From Lama guanicoe (taxonomy: Eukaryota): 64,000 nucleotides of DNA. This document shows positions 48,753 to 61,895 of the stretch, one piece after another. The notes under the pieces were generated by a model. That model was given only the letters and a program-made list of their open reading frames with translations. It was not told the origin of the DNA and searched no databases. The DNA lies in assembly GCA_013239625.1 (NCBI GenBank), contig MU054187.1:9381231-9445230 (forward strand). Direction: 5' to 3'. Numbering within the stretch: position 1 is the stretch's first letter; every line of letters starts with the position of its first letter. A program made the translations under genes and the position numbers.

Positions 48753-51239
48753 TACACGGTATTAAGCCTGATTCATTCCTACTGCCTCTGAGAGGACTCT
48801 TCCAACTTCTCTAGAAATAGACCCCTCCTGTCTTGTTCACAGGCCTGTCCAAGCAGGGAGTGTCAAGCCAAGTATGCAAGGGGTCTTTGAATTTTGACTG
48901 TATCCCATTAAAAATATAATCCGTAACCTGGGCCCAAGCTCCATCCATCGGGCACCAAAGGCCATGCCTGCCATCATCAGTAACAGCACTGACCTTGCAT
49001 CAGCACCAGGAAACGAGGAAAGTGATGCAGGCCCAGCACCTTGGGGACCCCAGCAGCTGCACCAGCCCTGCTGGACGGCCTCTGGAGGACCAAAGAGCGC
49101 TTCTAAGAAGCAAAGAGGACACCTGTGCAGCAAGATAAGAAGCATGCAGCTCTGAAGTTTAGCTGATTGAGAGAAATTAATAAAATGTTACTTCATCATT
49201 TTAGATATATGTTCATTTTTCATCTGGATTAAAGATACACTGCATTGTCTTTATGAATAAAAACATGCTGCCAATTAATGTCGACGTGCTGAGGAGAAGG
49301 AAAACCAACGTAGATTCCTTTTAATACTAGAGCAGGCATAAAGCTGTGTCTTTATTATTGAGGTTAATTGGATTAGGCTGAGGATTTTCTGGCATTTTTC
49401 TGCCGTTGGAGTTGTCTGAAGGAGACTTCAGGGGAACAGCAGCAACACGCCAGTGAGCCTGACTGCACCACTTGCCCCCGTGCAAACTCCACCCGGCAGG
49501 ACTCACACCCAATGTCTGCCCCACCCCTTAGACTCCTGAGAAGTGGCCTGGGGAAGACACCTTCCAGGCTGTCCGCCCAGTTCTCAACAGGCCTGCTTCT
49601 CTGGAAAAAGGCCCCTGACAAGCTAGGCATTCCGGGCAGATCTGTACTCTGTGAATCACCCTCTGGCTATGGGTGACCTTAGTTGGGCCAGAGTTGGAAA
49701 TTTGGAATCAGGCTAAGAGCGTTCAGTTTCAGTCTGGGCTGGCACCTTGAGCAGAGGCAATGTAAGAAGCCAGGAGCGTTGAGGACAACCATTTTCTGCC
49801 AAGTGGACCAAGCAGTAGCGAAAGCTGGTGAAGAGAAAAGAAGCAGGAACCAGCTGCCAAAGAACCAGAGACAAGAGGGGCTTCCTGGATCCCCTCACCT
49901 AGGCCCCTTCTGCTCCCTCCCTTCAACACTCCCCCTCTGGCCCTGGACCCCTGTCCTTTGAACACGAATGACTGGACACCCTCAGACTCCATGGAGCTCT
50001 GCCTCCACCTGACAGTCTGACTTTCCCTGACTTGCTTGAAAGCTGGCTTGGAAGGGCACTGATCTCGGTACCACATCACATTTCTCTCCCCAGATCATGA
50101 CTGCACAGACACCTTGCTTTCCCAGCACCCGGATGTGCATGACACGTATGTGCTGAAGGAGCAGGTATCACCCTCTTTGAAGGTCTCTCCGCAGAGGTTG
50201 CTCATTCACTTGCTTCACACACGCCATGAAAACACAGGGACATTTCCCTGCTTCCTACTGCTGCTACATCACTCCTCCTCCCTTGTAAACACAAAAAGCA
50301 CAGACACAAAACCAACAACAACTACTCCTCTCTGGGATATGTGACATCACAGTCATCCCTAACATGGACCTTTAACAGACCGTGGTCTGATTCCATCCAT
50401 CAGAGGTTCTCCTCAGGGTTTCACAGAATCCATTTCAGGGTAAATATGGGAATGGCCTGGTGAGAACCAATACATCTAGCCCATGTAACTACACGGTTGA
50501 GACTGGATGTGCTAAAGAAAGAGGAGAGTTGAGTCAGTTCTGGTCAGTCTGGCTCATGTAAACAGCTCAAGCACAAGTCAGCTTTGCGGAAAGGCTCTTG
50601 GCCCTTCGACCTGGTGGAGTGCCTGAGTTCTCCACTAAAAGCGAACTGAGTGAACACGACAGCTTGGGGGCACTTGTCTGAGACAAGCACTTGCTTGACG
50701 CCATAAATAATACTCCAGATTCTTTATATTCCATCAGCACCAAGACAGAACATCATCTCCATTTATCACATTGTACAGAGCCAGGATAGGAAGGTGGCTC
50801 AGGAATGGTAATGGGTGTTGGTGGGGGTGATCTGGTCTCCCTTCCAAGGCTCTCATGACCTCTACACGGACTACTTATCTCTGAGCAATTAAGTCCTTAC
50901 GAGGAGAAGTACTGCAAAGAAAATTGTAATTATACACATGTGCAGCTGCCTATGCCTCTCTTCAAACCCCTTTTATTTCTTGGTCCCTATGTAACATGAC
51001 AGCTGCACATATGGAAAGCAATTAGGACTGGGAGACCCTCTTTCCACAGAATCAGAGAGCAGGTGAGCAGTGCGATCCCTGGCCTGCAGCAGAGGCTACG
51101 GGGGAGAAGGCACGTGCCCAGCCGACAGGTAGGGTGTAACTTGTTCTAAGAATCTGCCAAGAGGGTCTACCACTGGGTGTGAGTCCTAGGGCAGGACACA
51201 CCATCATACACATAGACACACATGCACACACTGTTCCTG

Positions 51240-51263
51240 CCCACCCCCGCCAACCCCCGCCCC
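51240..51263 (-). promoter_or_regulatory. G-quadruplex motif containing a GC box
   Basis: Minus strand GGGG-C-GGGGG-TTGGC-GGGGG-T-GGG; CCCCGCCCC at 51255-51263. Confidence 0.45.
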
Positions 51264-52219
51264 GGAGCAGCTCTGGCATGGGCTCTGCGGCACAAAGAAG
51301 CCCTGGACACTTGCAGGTGGGTGGGATGGCAGTGATGTTTCCTCTTGTTCCTTGGTCTTGGTTGTTGTCTAAACTCTCAAGCTCAAAACTTATGCATCAT
51401 AATCAAATGGCAAAATTATCTAAAGCAATCATGTGCATCTTACTTTCCATTTCAATATATCATATGAATTAGGTGCCATTACATAACTCAAAAGCAAGTA
51501 ATTAGCTCATGAAATCCTTAACGTCCCAATAGTCCATCATAGGAAATATCAACCAAAATAGAAATTATATGCTGCATGAGACTCCCTTTCTAGTTCACCT
51601 CCTCACCTAGATGCTCAAGCACACGAGCATGTGTAAATCCATCGTCTGTGGCCCTGCTGCAGGCTGACCTCAGATGAGCCATTACCAGGCCTTCCCTCAC
51701 TGATCTTCCTCCAGACTCTGTACCCCAGCTTCCAAACCACATCTCCAGGAGCTCCCATGCCCACTCTCCTGCCGGTCACCCCTCTCCACTCGTCTGCCAA
51801 GGAGAGGGCCTGGCCCCTTCTCCTGAAACAATGTACCAGTTATAAGCACATTACAATGTCCGTGACATCAACCAACTAGATCATTCGGACCTAAATTGTT
51901 TTTAGAAAGCTCGAGGTAAATTCATCAGACAGTTGCCAAGTCTGCGCTTTACCTAGCGGCAGCAACACACGGGCTGACTGAACCATTTCCAAACAGACGG
52001 TCTAGTCATTCAAACACCTGACTGATGAGGGCTCCGTGCCGGCCAGGCCTGGTGGGGGAATTGACATGGTTGATGGGAGAAAGGGGAAACCAGCAGGAGC
52101 AGCAAGACTCCCCTCCTCAGAGAGGCGTTTAGAGTTCTGTTTAAAGCCCTATGTCATATTCAAGAGGTTTTGATGGGTTAATTTTTATATAAACTGCTAT
52201 CTTCCCAGTTTTAGAACAG

Positions 52220-52610
52220 AATAATCTGCACAGCAATATTCATCTTAGCATTGCTTATAATCATAAAAAACTGGAAGCCTATATAGGAGACATAGTTAAA
52301 TGGAATAAGATGCCTCCACTCAGTGGAATATTATGACATAATTAAAACAAGGATTCTGAAGGAATGTTAAACAATGGAAAATGCTTAGGATATAATGCTC
52401 AGTCAAAAGGCAAAGGGAACAAAGTGTGCATAATACATGTTATGATTTCACATTTTGAAATAACACTTATGCAAAGAAAAATAGAGCCTGGCAGACAGTT
52501 CACCAAAACATAAATGGGGGATACGTTTAGGTGATGGGATTATCGGCTTTTTTCTTTTTCTTTCTACATACCTATGTTTTCCAAATTTAATGAACATGTA
52601 CACTTTTTAA
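52220..52610 (+). mobile_element. L1ME-type 3' UTR
   Basis: atattcatcttagcattgcttataatcataaaaaactggaagc; gtggaatattatg; ttttccaaatttaatgaacatgta. Confidence 0.8.
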
Positions 52611-53079
52611 TGAACCTTTCTATTACAAATGCTTATTGGAAAATATAAGTAAACTGTCTCAGAGGCCACACTATAAAAAATCACAGGGAATCAGAACACA
52701 TAGGTAAGAGAATTACTATATGGGACTAACCTGTGCATCTGAAGGAAGATGAGGAAAAGCTGAAGAGACTTAGAGGCTCCTGGGGCAAGTGCCCTCTGGA
52801 AAAAAAAAAAATCATAGGACTTATGCTGTGGATATGACCCCACATTTCTCTTCTCCCTTCTGCTTTACCACAGAGAAACAAAGGCTCAAATGACACTTTT
52901 CTTCTGAGAACGAGAAGCAGTACATTGAAAGCCTGCCTTCACCTGGTGCATTTTTAATTTTGACACCTCCTGCTCTGAAACTCTCAGGAACTAAAGCCAG
53001 ACCTCAGGCACCTTATACGTCCCAAAAGAACTGCAATTCCAGATGTTTTTAATCCATTAGAAGACTTTATTCCTGCAGA

Positions 53080-53195
53080 CTATCACCTCTCTGTGGAAAG
53101 GAACCAACTTTGTCTTATTTATCACTGCAAATCCAATGCCTAGCACAGTACTCGGTCACAAAGGATGCCTCAGAGCATATCTGTTGAATGAATGT
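53080..53195 (+). mobile_element. L2 3' end
   Basis: aatgcctagcacagtactcgg...atctgttgaatgaatg. Confidence 0.8.
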
Positions 53196-53651
53196 TTTCA
53201 AAATATTTTCTTAAAATCAAGGTTAGCCTAAGCAGAAGCTGAAATGAGTTCAAGGTGACAGAAAATTATATTTTATCATATTGAGGTATTTGGTTTTTAA
53301 TTTGCTATGACTATATGTTATTTAGACAAACAACTTTGCTATTTTAATTAGTTTAAGAATTGGCCAAATTAACACATGGAGTTGTTATCTTTAACGCAAC
53401 TGTTCACCCGTAAGAGAAGGAAGTTAAAGCCAAACAGCACCATCTACCCGGTGTAACTTACGTGGATAAGACAGAAGGCAAAGGGAAAAATAACCACTCC
53501 CAGAAAGCCTACCTGTGGGGCAGCCATTTGCTTCCAGGGCTGGAAGGAAAACAGGAGCAGCTGTGTTGAAACCTCCCAGCCAACGGCTGGACCAGGAGAC
53601 ATGGCGCCCACGAGTTTCCCATGATGCTGTGCTCTGAGGCTCTGCTGACAA

Positions 53652-53665
53652 GCGCCACCTGGAAG
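53652..53665 (-). promoter_or_regulatory. Candidate CTCF site
   Basis: Minus strand CTTCCAGGTGGCGC versus consensus CCASYAGRKGGCRS: only positions 2-3 deviate; lies in non-repeat sequence with retained CpGs. Confidence 0.45.
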
Positions 53666-54894
53666 CCCAATTCAATCAAAGTTGCTTTCGTGCGGCATTT
53701 CCTATCATTAGTGCACAAAGATTTCACTGGCTCTTTCCTATCCTGTCTGCCATCTCCTCAGTAAAGGGCTCTGTGTATTCTTCATAATGAATATGAAATA
53801 ATAATAATAGTCAAAATGCTTTAAACAGGCAAAGCACTGGCAGGTGTCAAGTGCTCTCCCATTTAGTATCTGACTCTCTAACTTTCGGGAGTCAGAATTG
53901 GGAAATAAAACTTAGAAAAACTTTTAAGGAAATGGGATTACTGAGTTTAGCAAAAAGAGCCATGTAACAAGTGTGGGAACGGCTTTCATACAGGGACGAG
54001 CTACTTCTCATTTTCTCTAAACGAAAAATGAGAAGAGCCCTCTCTCAGTCGAAACTTGAGGTGTCTAACTTAGATGTGTTACCTTTGGCTCTCTAACAGT
54101 CCTTCCCTAGATTTTTTTTTAAAGTAGGGTAGAGTCTCATCTTTCTGAGATGCTTTTAAACAATTTAATCTGAATGCAGAAAATGGAGTCGATGATCTTT
54201 TAAGATGCTGCACATTCAAGAGCTTCAAGAGGAATTTGTACCTTGTCATTTGATGGCCAATTCAATTCTAACAAACATTTCTAAAACACCAGACATGTAT
54301 TCCCACACAGATGACGACCTAAGAGCTTTCTCATCCATTTAAACCTACTGGTTGATCTTCTCTCCTAGTTAATGGGTACTGTCCACCCTTCTTCCTCCAA
54401 TGGTTCTGACCTGTTTCCTCTTTCATCCTCTCCAAGTACCTATGAACTCACACTATATCTTGCAATGAAGAGGGGGCTTTTCCCCTTAAATCTTATAGTC
54501 CTTTTTAAAGAGGATTATTAACCACTGTATCGTCGTCAAATTCCAACGTGGGAAATTACATTTTGCCTCCCTATAATTTCTGCTGTCATTTTAATTAGAA
54601 ATTCTATTTAATACCCCACTCGAAATAAAACTTGTTGCAGAGAGGGCTGCCTCAGAGGGGCCTGCCTTTCCTAGCACAGAGGAGACGATGTTTCAGAGAT
54701 GTGTGACTAATACTCCTGGGGCAGGAGCTGAGTACATTGGGATCCTTTGGGAGTAGAGGCACCTCCAAAAGCTCAAATTGATTTTTATTTTATGCCTGAG
54801 GTAGACAATCCCGTAAGGCAGATTTTTCCCTCCAGCATTTTGCAGCATTTTCCGAGATTCAGATTCAAAGCAAGACCTGCTTGGTGTTATTGTG

Positions 54895-55010
54895 TGGATG
54901 ACGCATTACAAGGAGCTGACTCTGTGACATCATGTCGTCTTGTTCCCAGTTAGAGCAACCCGATGTGCCTGCCCTGCACAGCCCAGCTCTGTGAGTCACT
55001 GTGTGATAGA
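54895..55010. promoter_or_regulatory. Candidate bZIP-rich enhancer
   Basis: TGACGCA 54899-54905, GCTGACTCT from 54915, TGACATCA 54925-54932, TGAGTCA 54992-54998, TGATAG just downstream. Confidence 0.4.
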
Positions 55011-55240
55011 TTGTCCAGGAAATGCAAAACGATGCTTTTCTAAAAACACAAGATTAAAAATTGAGGCTTCCGGCCAGGGAAGGTACAGAGGAAAAAGTAA
55101 ACTCTCAGGAGGGGCAGGTTCTCATTTCTGTTTTTCTTTTCCTAATTGTTTATAAAATCCTACAAGAGAGTATAGTTTATAAATAAGCATTGCAAATGGT
55201 TATTGTCTTTGATATTTTATTGCCTCAAAAATGAAGCTTC

Positions 55241-55528
55241 CTTGTTATGATAAATCACAGAGAAAAAAAAAAAGAAAGTTGTTTAGAATATTGTGATTCA
55301 AAACATATATATCTATAGTGTTAGAATTTTTTTAGTGCACAGAAAAATCTGGAATTATGTATACCAATGCATTAACCATGATTGCTCTGGGAAATTGGAT
55401 TATAAATTGGAATGATATGTATTTCAAATATGTTTCATTTTTGCTTATTTGTGTCTTTTTTTTTTACTCTCTGTAATAAACATGCCTTATTTTAAATAAA
55501 AGCTAATAGACTTCAAATTAAAAAAAAA
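55241..55528 (+). mobile_element. TSD-flanked polyadenylated retro-insertion carrying ancient L1ME-like 3' sequence
   Basis: Perfect 14-bp TSD AAAAATGAAGCTTC (55227-55240, 55524-55537); AATAAA 55495-55500; A-run 55520-55528. Confidence 0.75.
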
Positions 55529-57064
55529 TGAAGCTTCTTTTTCACCAACTAGAACTTTCTGTTATAAACAGTTATGCCACTCCACATCTTAAGATTTTAT
55601 CATTAAAATGGGCAGAATATCTATGTGTGCACTGTGAATGCTGAACACCAATTGGCTACATAGGCTCCACTTGTGCCTGAAAAATTCTGTAATACAAAAC
55701 AATCGTGATACATACGAACTTGTAGTGGGTCTGAGTAATGATAGAGTAAAATAAAATATCAAGGATAACCTCCTAAAGAGAAAATTAAAATTTAGTCTTA
55801 TCCAAATACTTGTAATCTGAAGGGTGAAAAAATCATGTGCTGGACCTCAAACAGTGGAAATTCATCATTTAAAATCCTTTCTTCTCTTGTCTCCACCTGC
55901 CAAATTTCAGTCAATAAAATAGTTACTGAACTAAAGATCCAGTGAACAAAAATTGCAGAGACAGAAACAGTAGAGATTAATTAAACCAAGATGTTAACAA
56001 GGATCGAATCTCTTTCTGGCAAGGATGACCTTTCCAACCCAAAACATAGTTCGTCTTATGCCTGGATCTTAAGGCACAAGGACAGCCAGACAAATTAGCA
56101 AATGTCCAGCCCCCAGGGATGAAATGCAATCAGGCAGAGAGCACACACTAACTACCTTCCCTTTCCTCAAAACCACTCTCCTTCCCCTGCTAGAAATGCA
56201 CTGTTAATGGGCAGAGCAGCATCATTTTGGGCTCTGGAAGCTACAGGCTTGATTTGGACCAACATCTGGTTAAATCCCAAAGAATTTTGCCCCATGAAGG
56301 TGACACTGTGGGTTCCATAAAGGAGAGATCACTCCGTAGTCACTTAAATAGGTAAAAAAACAAAAACAAAAACAAACCCTGGAACCACTGCTGGATTTGG
56401 AGGTCAGCCAACCAGGCAGAACCTGAAGGATGCTCTGGACCCAGACACTCTAGTGCACCCCTAGGGGAATTTTGTTCTCTCTGTGGCACTGTCCACTTGT
56501 CTAAGCAAATGGAGTAATGAAGGTCACTCAAGCTCTCTTCCTTGGATCTGGGACTGAGAACTCAGTGGGGTTTTTCCAGAAATACTTCATGTTATAGGTG
56601 TATTTGTGTCCCAAAAATACATTCCCCTTGGCTTCACAGTTGAAGCATGGATGCAGAGGTGGGAAACTGAGAATCAGCTTTGCCTTTTTCTCAATAATAC
56701 TCAGGGAATGTCATGGGAAACCTCAATAGTGGTCCCAAATGGGTTCAAAGTCAATGTCCCAGAGAAAATTGTAACAATTACAGCTATTTTTTAAAGTTGT
56801 CAAAATTTTGAAGTCACAGTGATGTTCATCCAAGAACTCAGAAATAATGGCAATAGCATGGTTTGAAATGTGCAACAGTAAAATTACCCAAAGGTATCTG
56901 AGACAAGATGGCTCTGAGGCTTGTGGATTTGATCATAGCTTCATTGAAGGTACCTGCCCTTTTTACAAAGACCAAGTCAGTCAGAAGAAGGATCAGTCAA
57001 TTGTGGAAGTTCTTACAGGTACTAGCTATTGATGTTATAAAAAATAATTTAATAGTTGCATGAA

Positions 57065-59700
57065 TGGAAAGTGCCAAACTGTTTCCCAGAGAGGCTGTGC
57101 CATTTTACATTCTTACCAGAAATGTGTCAGTGATCCAGTTTCTTTGCATCTTCATCAGCATTTGGTATAATCAAATATATTTTTTCAACCATTCTGACAG
57201 GTGTGTAGTGATACCTCATCCTACTTTGAATGTGCATTTCCCTGATGGGTAATGATGTTGAACATCTTTTCATGCGTTCATGCTGTATGCATATGGTGAA
57301 ATGTCTCTTCATGCCTTTTGACTACTCAATAACTGAATTATTCCTTTACCATTGAGTTTTGAGAGTTCTTTGTATATTCTAGATACTAGTCCTTTGTCAG
57401 ATATGTGATTTGCAAGTATGTTCTCCTAGTCTGTAGCTTTTCTTTTATCCTCTTAACAGGGTTTTCCACAAAGCAAAAGTTTTAAATTTTTATCAAGTCT
57501 GATCATTTCCTTATATGAATTGTGCTTTTGCTGTCCTCCTTAAGAACCCTTTGCCAAGCCCTAGACCCCAAATTGAGTTTTCTCCTATGTTTTTCCTAAA
57601 AGTTTTATAACTTTGCATTTTATATTTAAGTCCATGATCCATTTTGAGTTAAATTTTGTGTAAGGTATGAAGTTTAGGCAAGATTCATTTTGTTGCCTCT
57701 GGATGTGCAGTTGCTCCAGGACTATTTTTTATAAAGGCTATCTTTCCTGTATTGAACTGCTTTTGTACTTTGGTCAAAATCAGTTGCACGTATTTGTTTA
57801 GATCTGTTACTGAGTTCTCTATTTTATTTCATCCATCTGGGTGTCTAACTCTTCATGAATACCAAACAATCTTGATTATAATTGCTTTATAATTAGTCTT
57901 GACATTGGATAGGATTCCTCTCACTTTATTCCTCTCTTTCAAAATAGTTCCTTCACCTTTCCATATAAATTTTAGAATAATCTTATCTATAGCCATAAAC
58001 ATTTTGCTAGGATTTTAATAGGACTGGCACTGAACATTTCATTTAGAGAGAACTGACATTTTTACTATGCTGAGTCTTGCAAACCATGAACATGATATAT
58101 CTATTTACTCAGATCTTTGATTTTTCAATCAATGTTTAATAGCCTGTGGCATATGTCTTGTTTATGTTTTGTTAGAATTACACTCATTTCTTTTTTATTT
58201 GAGCAACTGTGAATTGTACTGTACTTTTAATTTGTGTCTACATGTTCATTACTTGTATATAGAAAAATAATACATTTTTTGTGCTAGTTTCACTTAATTG
58301 TTCTAGGAGTTGAGATTTGTTCATTTGTTTGTCTTTTGGAGGCGTTCTTTTTAGTTGATTCCTTGGGATTTTCTAAAGAGACAATTATGTCATCTGCATA
58401 TTGGGACGGATACGTTTCTTCACGTACAATTTGTATGCCTTTTACTTCCTTTTATTTTATTGCATTCACTAGAATTTACAACACTACACTAAATAAGAGT
58501 GGTGAGAGTTAACATCCTCGCCTTGTTCCCACCTTTAGGGAGAAAGCATAGTCTTTCACCGTTCAGTTTGATGTTCGCATTAGGATTTTTGTAGATTCAC
58601 TTTATCAAGTAGAGGAAATCCCTCATCTCTGAGAGTTCGTTGTTTTTCTTTTTTTGAATCAAAAATGTTAATTTTTTTCAAAAAAAATTTTGCATCTATT
58701 GATATGATTACATGTTTTTTTTTCTTCTTTAGCCTATTAATATGGTGGATTACATTTGTATGATTTTCAAATGTTGAACAGCCTTGCATCTCTGGAAAAA
58801 CCCATTTGGTCATGGTGTGTGATTCTTTTCATAGCAAATTCCATTTGCCAATATTTTGTAAAAACTGTATCTATAGATTCATGGTGGATATTGGCCTATA
58901 GTGTTTTCTTTTTTGTAATATATTTGCCTGGCTTTAGTATCAAGATAATATTGGCTTCATAAAATTAATTGGAAATGCTTCATTTTCTTCTGTTTTGAAG
59001 AGATTGTGTAGAATTGGTGTTGGCTTCTCTTTGTTAGTATTCTCCAGTGAAAACTCCTGGGCCTGGAGATTTATTTTAGGGTGGTTTAAATTATGAATTC
59101 AAATTCCTGAATGGTTATAGGAATATTCAATTGTCTCTTTCATATTGGGCGAGTTGTGGTAGTTTGTGTTTTTCAAGGTATTGGTCCATTTTATCTAAAT
59201 TGTCAGATACATGTATGTAGAGTCGTTCATAGTGTTCCCTTAGTATCCTTTTGATACCTGCAATGTCGTTAGTGATAGTCCCTGGTTTCATTCCTGCTAC
59301 TGGTAATTTGCATCTTCTGTTTTTCTCTTGTTAATCCTGCTGGACATTTGTCAATTTTACTAGTCTTTTCAAAGAACCAACTTTTTGTTCCATTGATTTT
59401 CTCTACTTTTGTTTTTAATTTCATTAATCTCTGCTCTTATCTTTATTATTTCCTTCCTTATGCTTGCTTTGGACTCACTTTGCTCTTCTTTTCTTAAGTT
59501 CTTGAGGTGAGAACTTAGATTACTGACTTGAGACTTTTCCTCTTTTCTAATGAAAGCATTTTAATATAATAAAATTTCCTTTCAGTACTGCTTTAGCTGT
59601 GCCCCACAAATATTGTTATGTTGTATATTCCTTTTCATTCAATTCAATGTCTTTTTACTTAAATATAACCAAAACCTATGGATTACCTAGAAGTTGTGTT
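57065..59700 (-). mobile_element. Old L1 (L1MB/MC-type) ORF2 region, about 2.6 kb
   Basis: tgccaaactgtttcccagagaggctgtgccattttacattc; aataagagtggtgagag..acatcctcgccttgttcc; tcttttcaaagaaccaactttt. Confidence 0.92.
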
Positions 59701-60644
59701 CAAGTCTCAGACACCAACTGCACATGTGAAGGAGGCGGGCTTCCTAGCTTTTTATGCCCTTTCATGCAGAGTGGGAGAGCTTCTCTAAAATATTTTGATC
59801 AATTCATATATCTTAAAGACCAATAATTTCAGCAAAAATATTTCTAAAAGCCATTGTACAAAATAGCAAACTATTAATTTCACCAAGAAGAATCCATTTG
59901 TAACATTAATAAAGTGTCTAATCCCATTTTGATCCAAGATAAAGATGGCTGGAAGGGTTGATGGGCTGTCTGTAAAGTGTGTAATTTGGTTAAGTATCAA
60001 CTAACCATCCCTAGAAACATGCAGGCAGCCTATGTTAACTGACTGCTCAAATGTGAATGGACTCCAAGCAATTCATACACATTCACTTACAAGTCTATAC
60101 AGAATTATTTAAAACATAAAATTGTTGACCACATAATGCACACATTGTTTTAAATAATTTACCCTCCCTATTCTCAACAACCCACTTAGAAGGCACAGCA
60201 TATTCAAACATCAGTGTAGGATGAACCTTCCAAATAAAAAATTGTGAAATACATTACTATTATATTTTTACTTGCAAAAACTAAGTAGCTATTTCTACCT
60301 CTTTTCTCATTTTTCATGAAAACATCTACCAGCATTACCCTGAACATCATGGGGAGTGCCAATTCAATCGCTGAGAAGTAAAGGACAGGAGGAAGGACAG
60401 AAGGAAGGCAGAAGTAGTGAACAAAGCATCTTACAGTTTTTCTAGAAGTGGAGCAGCTGGTAACCACGCTGTATTGCAGAGTCACCTGTAGTAACCTTTG
60501 AAAGTCACTGCTTTTCTGAAAATTATATTAAAGTGGAATAAACACAGCATTCTTTAGAAAAGCTGTTTCCAGACTCTTTTTTTAAAAACTTCATTTCTGG
60601 TAGAACAGAGGGAAAGCTACAATTACCCAGCCCCCTCCCAGGAG

Positions 60645-60780
60645 AGTGGTTCTCAAAACGTAGACTCCATCCCAGACTGAGTCAGAATCTTCAGAATGAA
60701 GGTCCAGAATATTTAACCACCTCCCAGGTAACTTGGGAGATTGCCTTTGTGCCTTGTGGAACTTAGTTTGAAAAACACCA
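60645..60780. mobile_element. MER5-like hAT element fragment
   Basis: agtggttctcaaa...actgagtcagaatct...cctcccaggtaa...agtttgaaaaacacca. Confidence 0.65.
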
Positions 60781-61499
60781 TTACAATTAGTTTAACAGTC
60801 AACATAAAACAGAGAAGAAATTAGATCTCTATGGGGGAACACTGAGTGGAAATAGAAAGACCAAAAGCTCCAATCACGGTGAACAATTAAAGGGCAGCCA
60901 GCACAGGTGGTCTATGGGTCCAGAGCACGAAGGTCCCTGCACCCCGAAGACCAAGCCCAGGCCAGGCTGACTTCCAGTTGCTTTTGCTTTGTTGAGCTAT
61001 GATGTGAATGGTCATATAGGAAAAGGCGGGGGCTTTTTCTTTTCATATTCCTTTCTTTATATGAAATACACTTTTAAAACTATAACTTATTGAAACACTT
61101 TGGCTCTTATTGAAATATCTTACCATGGAAACTTGACATTTAAAGAGAAATCTATTAGCCAAAGAATGTCATTAATAAAAGGTGTTCTTTCTGAAGCTGA
61201 CATCAATTATTTAATTGATTAGTCCCATCAGCTAACATCAGTCACTAAAAAGACATGGGTAGCATTCCAATCAGAAGACAGAAAGGGTTTGGAGGAGTAT
61301 GTAGTATAAAGTAAAATATATATAGAATAAGCAAATACCTATGCTTTCAAGTAACAAAACAAAACAAAATGAGCCTTCATAAACCAAACCACTGCAAGCA
61401 GGCAATGTTCATTTAAAACTGCTTTTACATGAACTGTTTATGTTTTCAACATTTTCCAACTTCTTGTATTGCTTTTCCTCTATGCAGGGATTTCACAAT

Positions 61500-61895
61500 T
61501 TTGCATGTAAAAACAAAGAAATATCTGACTATATTTTAATATCCTTTAGAAAACCAAAATGTCCAAGAAAGCAATAAATAGATTTATAAATATATACTTC
61601 CAAAGAATATATAGTAGCATAGGAGAAAGTTCTTTATCAATTTAATTTTTTTTAAAAAAAGCCGAGATATGGAACTATATTTCAGTATAACGAGCTTGAT
61701 CCCAATTTTGTAAACATGTGAGCACCTATGTTTATTTGAGATGTATTGAAAAAAAAAAACTAGAGTGAAATATACCTAAAATGTCAACAGTTAACTTAAT
61801 TTTGGGTATTAGGAGTATATTATTTTCTGCTTTACACATTTTTTTTGTTTTAAAACTGTCTACAACAAATGTATATATCATTTTATAATTGTATT
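61500..61895 (+). mobile_element. L1ME-type 3' UTR
   Basis: aaaaccaaaatgtccaagaaagc; aaatatacctaaaatgtcaacagtta; ctacaacaaatgtatatatcattttataat. Confidence 0.7.

Noticed and set aside
41455-51962. Weak CTCF-like motifs near 41460, 44525 and 51950
   Set aside because: Each has mismatches in core positions
54004-54035. 11-bp inverted repeat CTTCTCATTTT / AAAATGAGAAG as a terminator or miRNA hairpin
   Set aside because: AT-rich, too short for a pre-miRNA, and probably derived from surrounding MIR-like sequence
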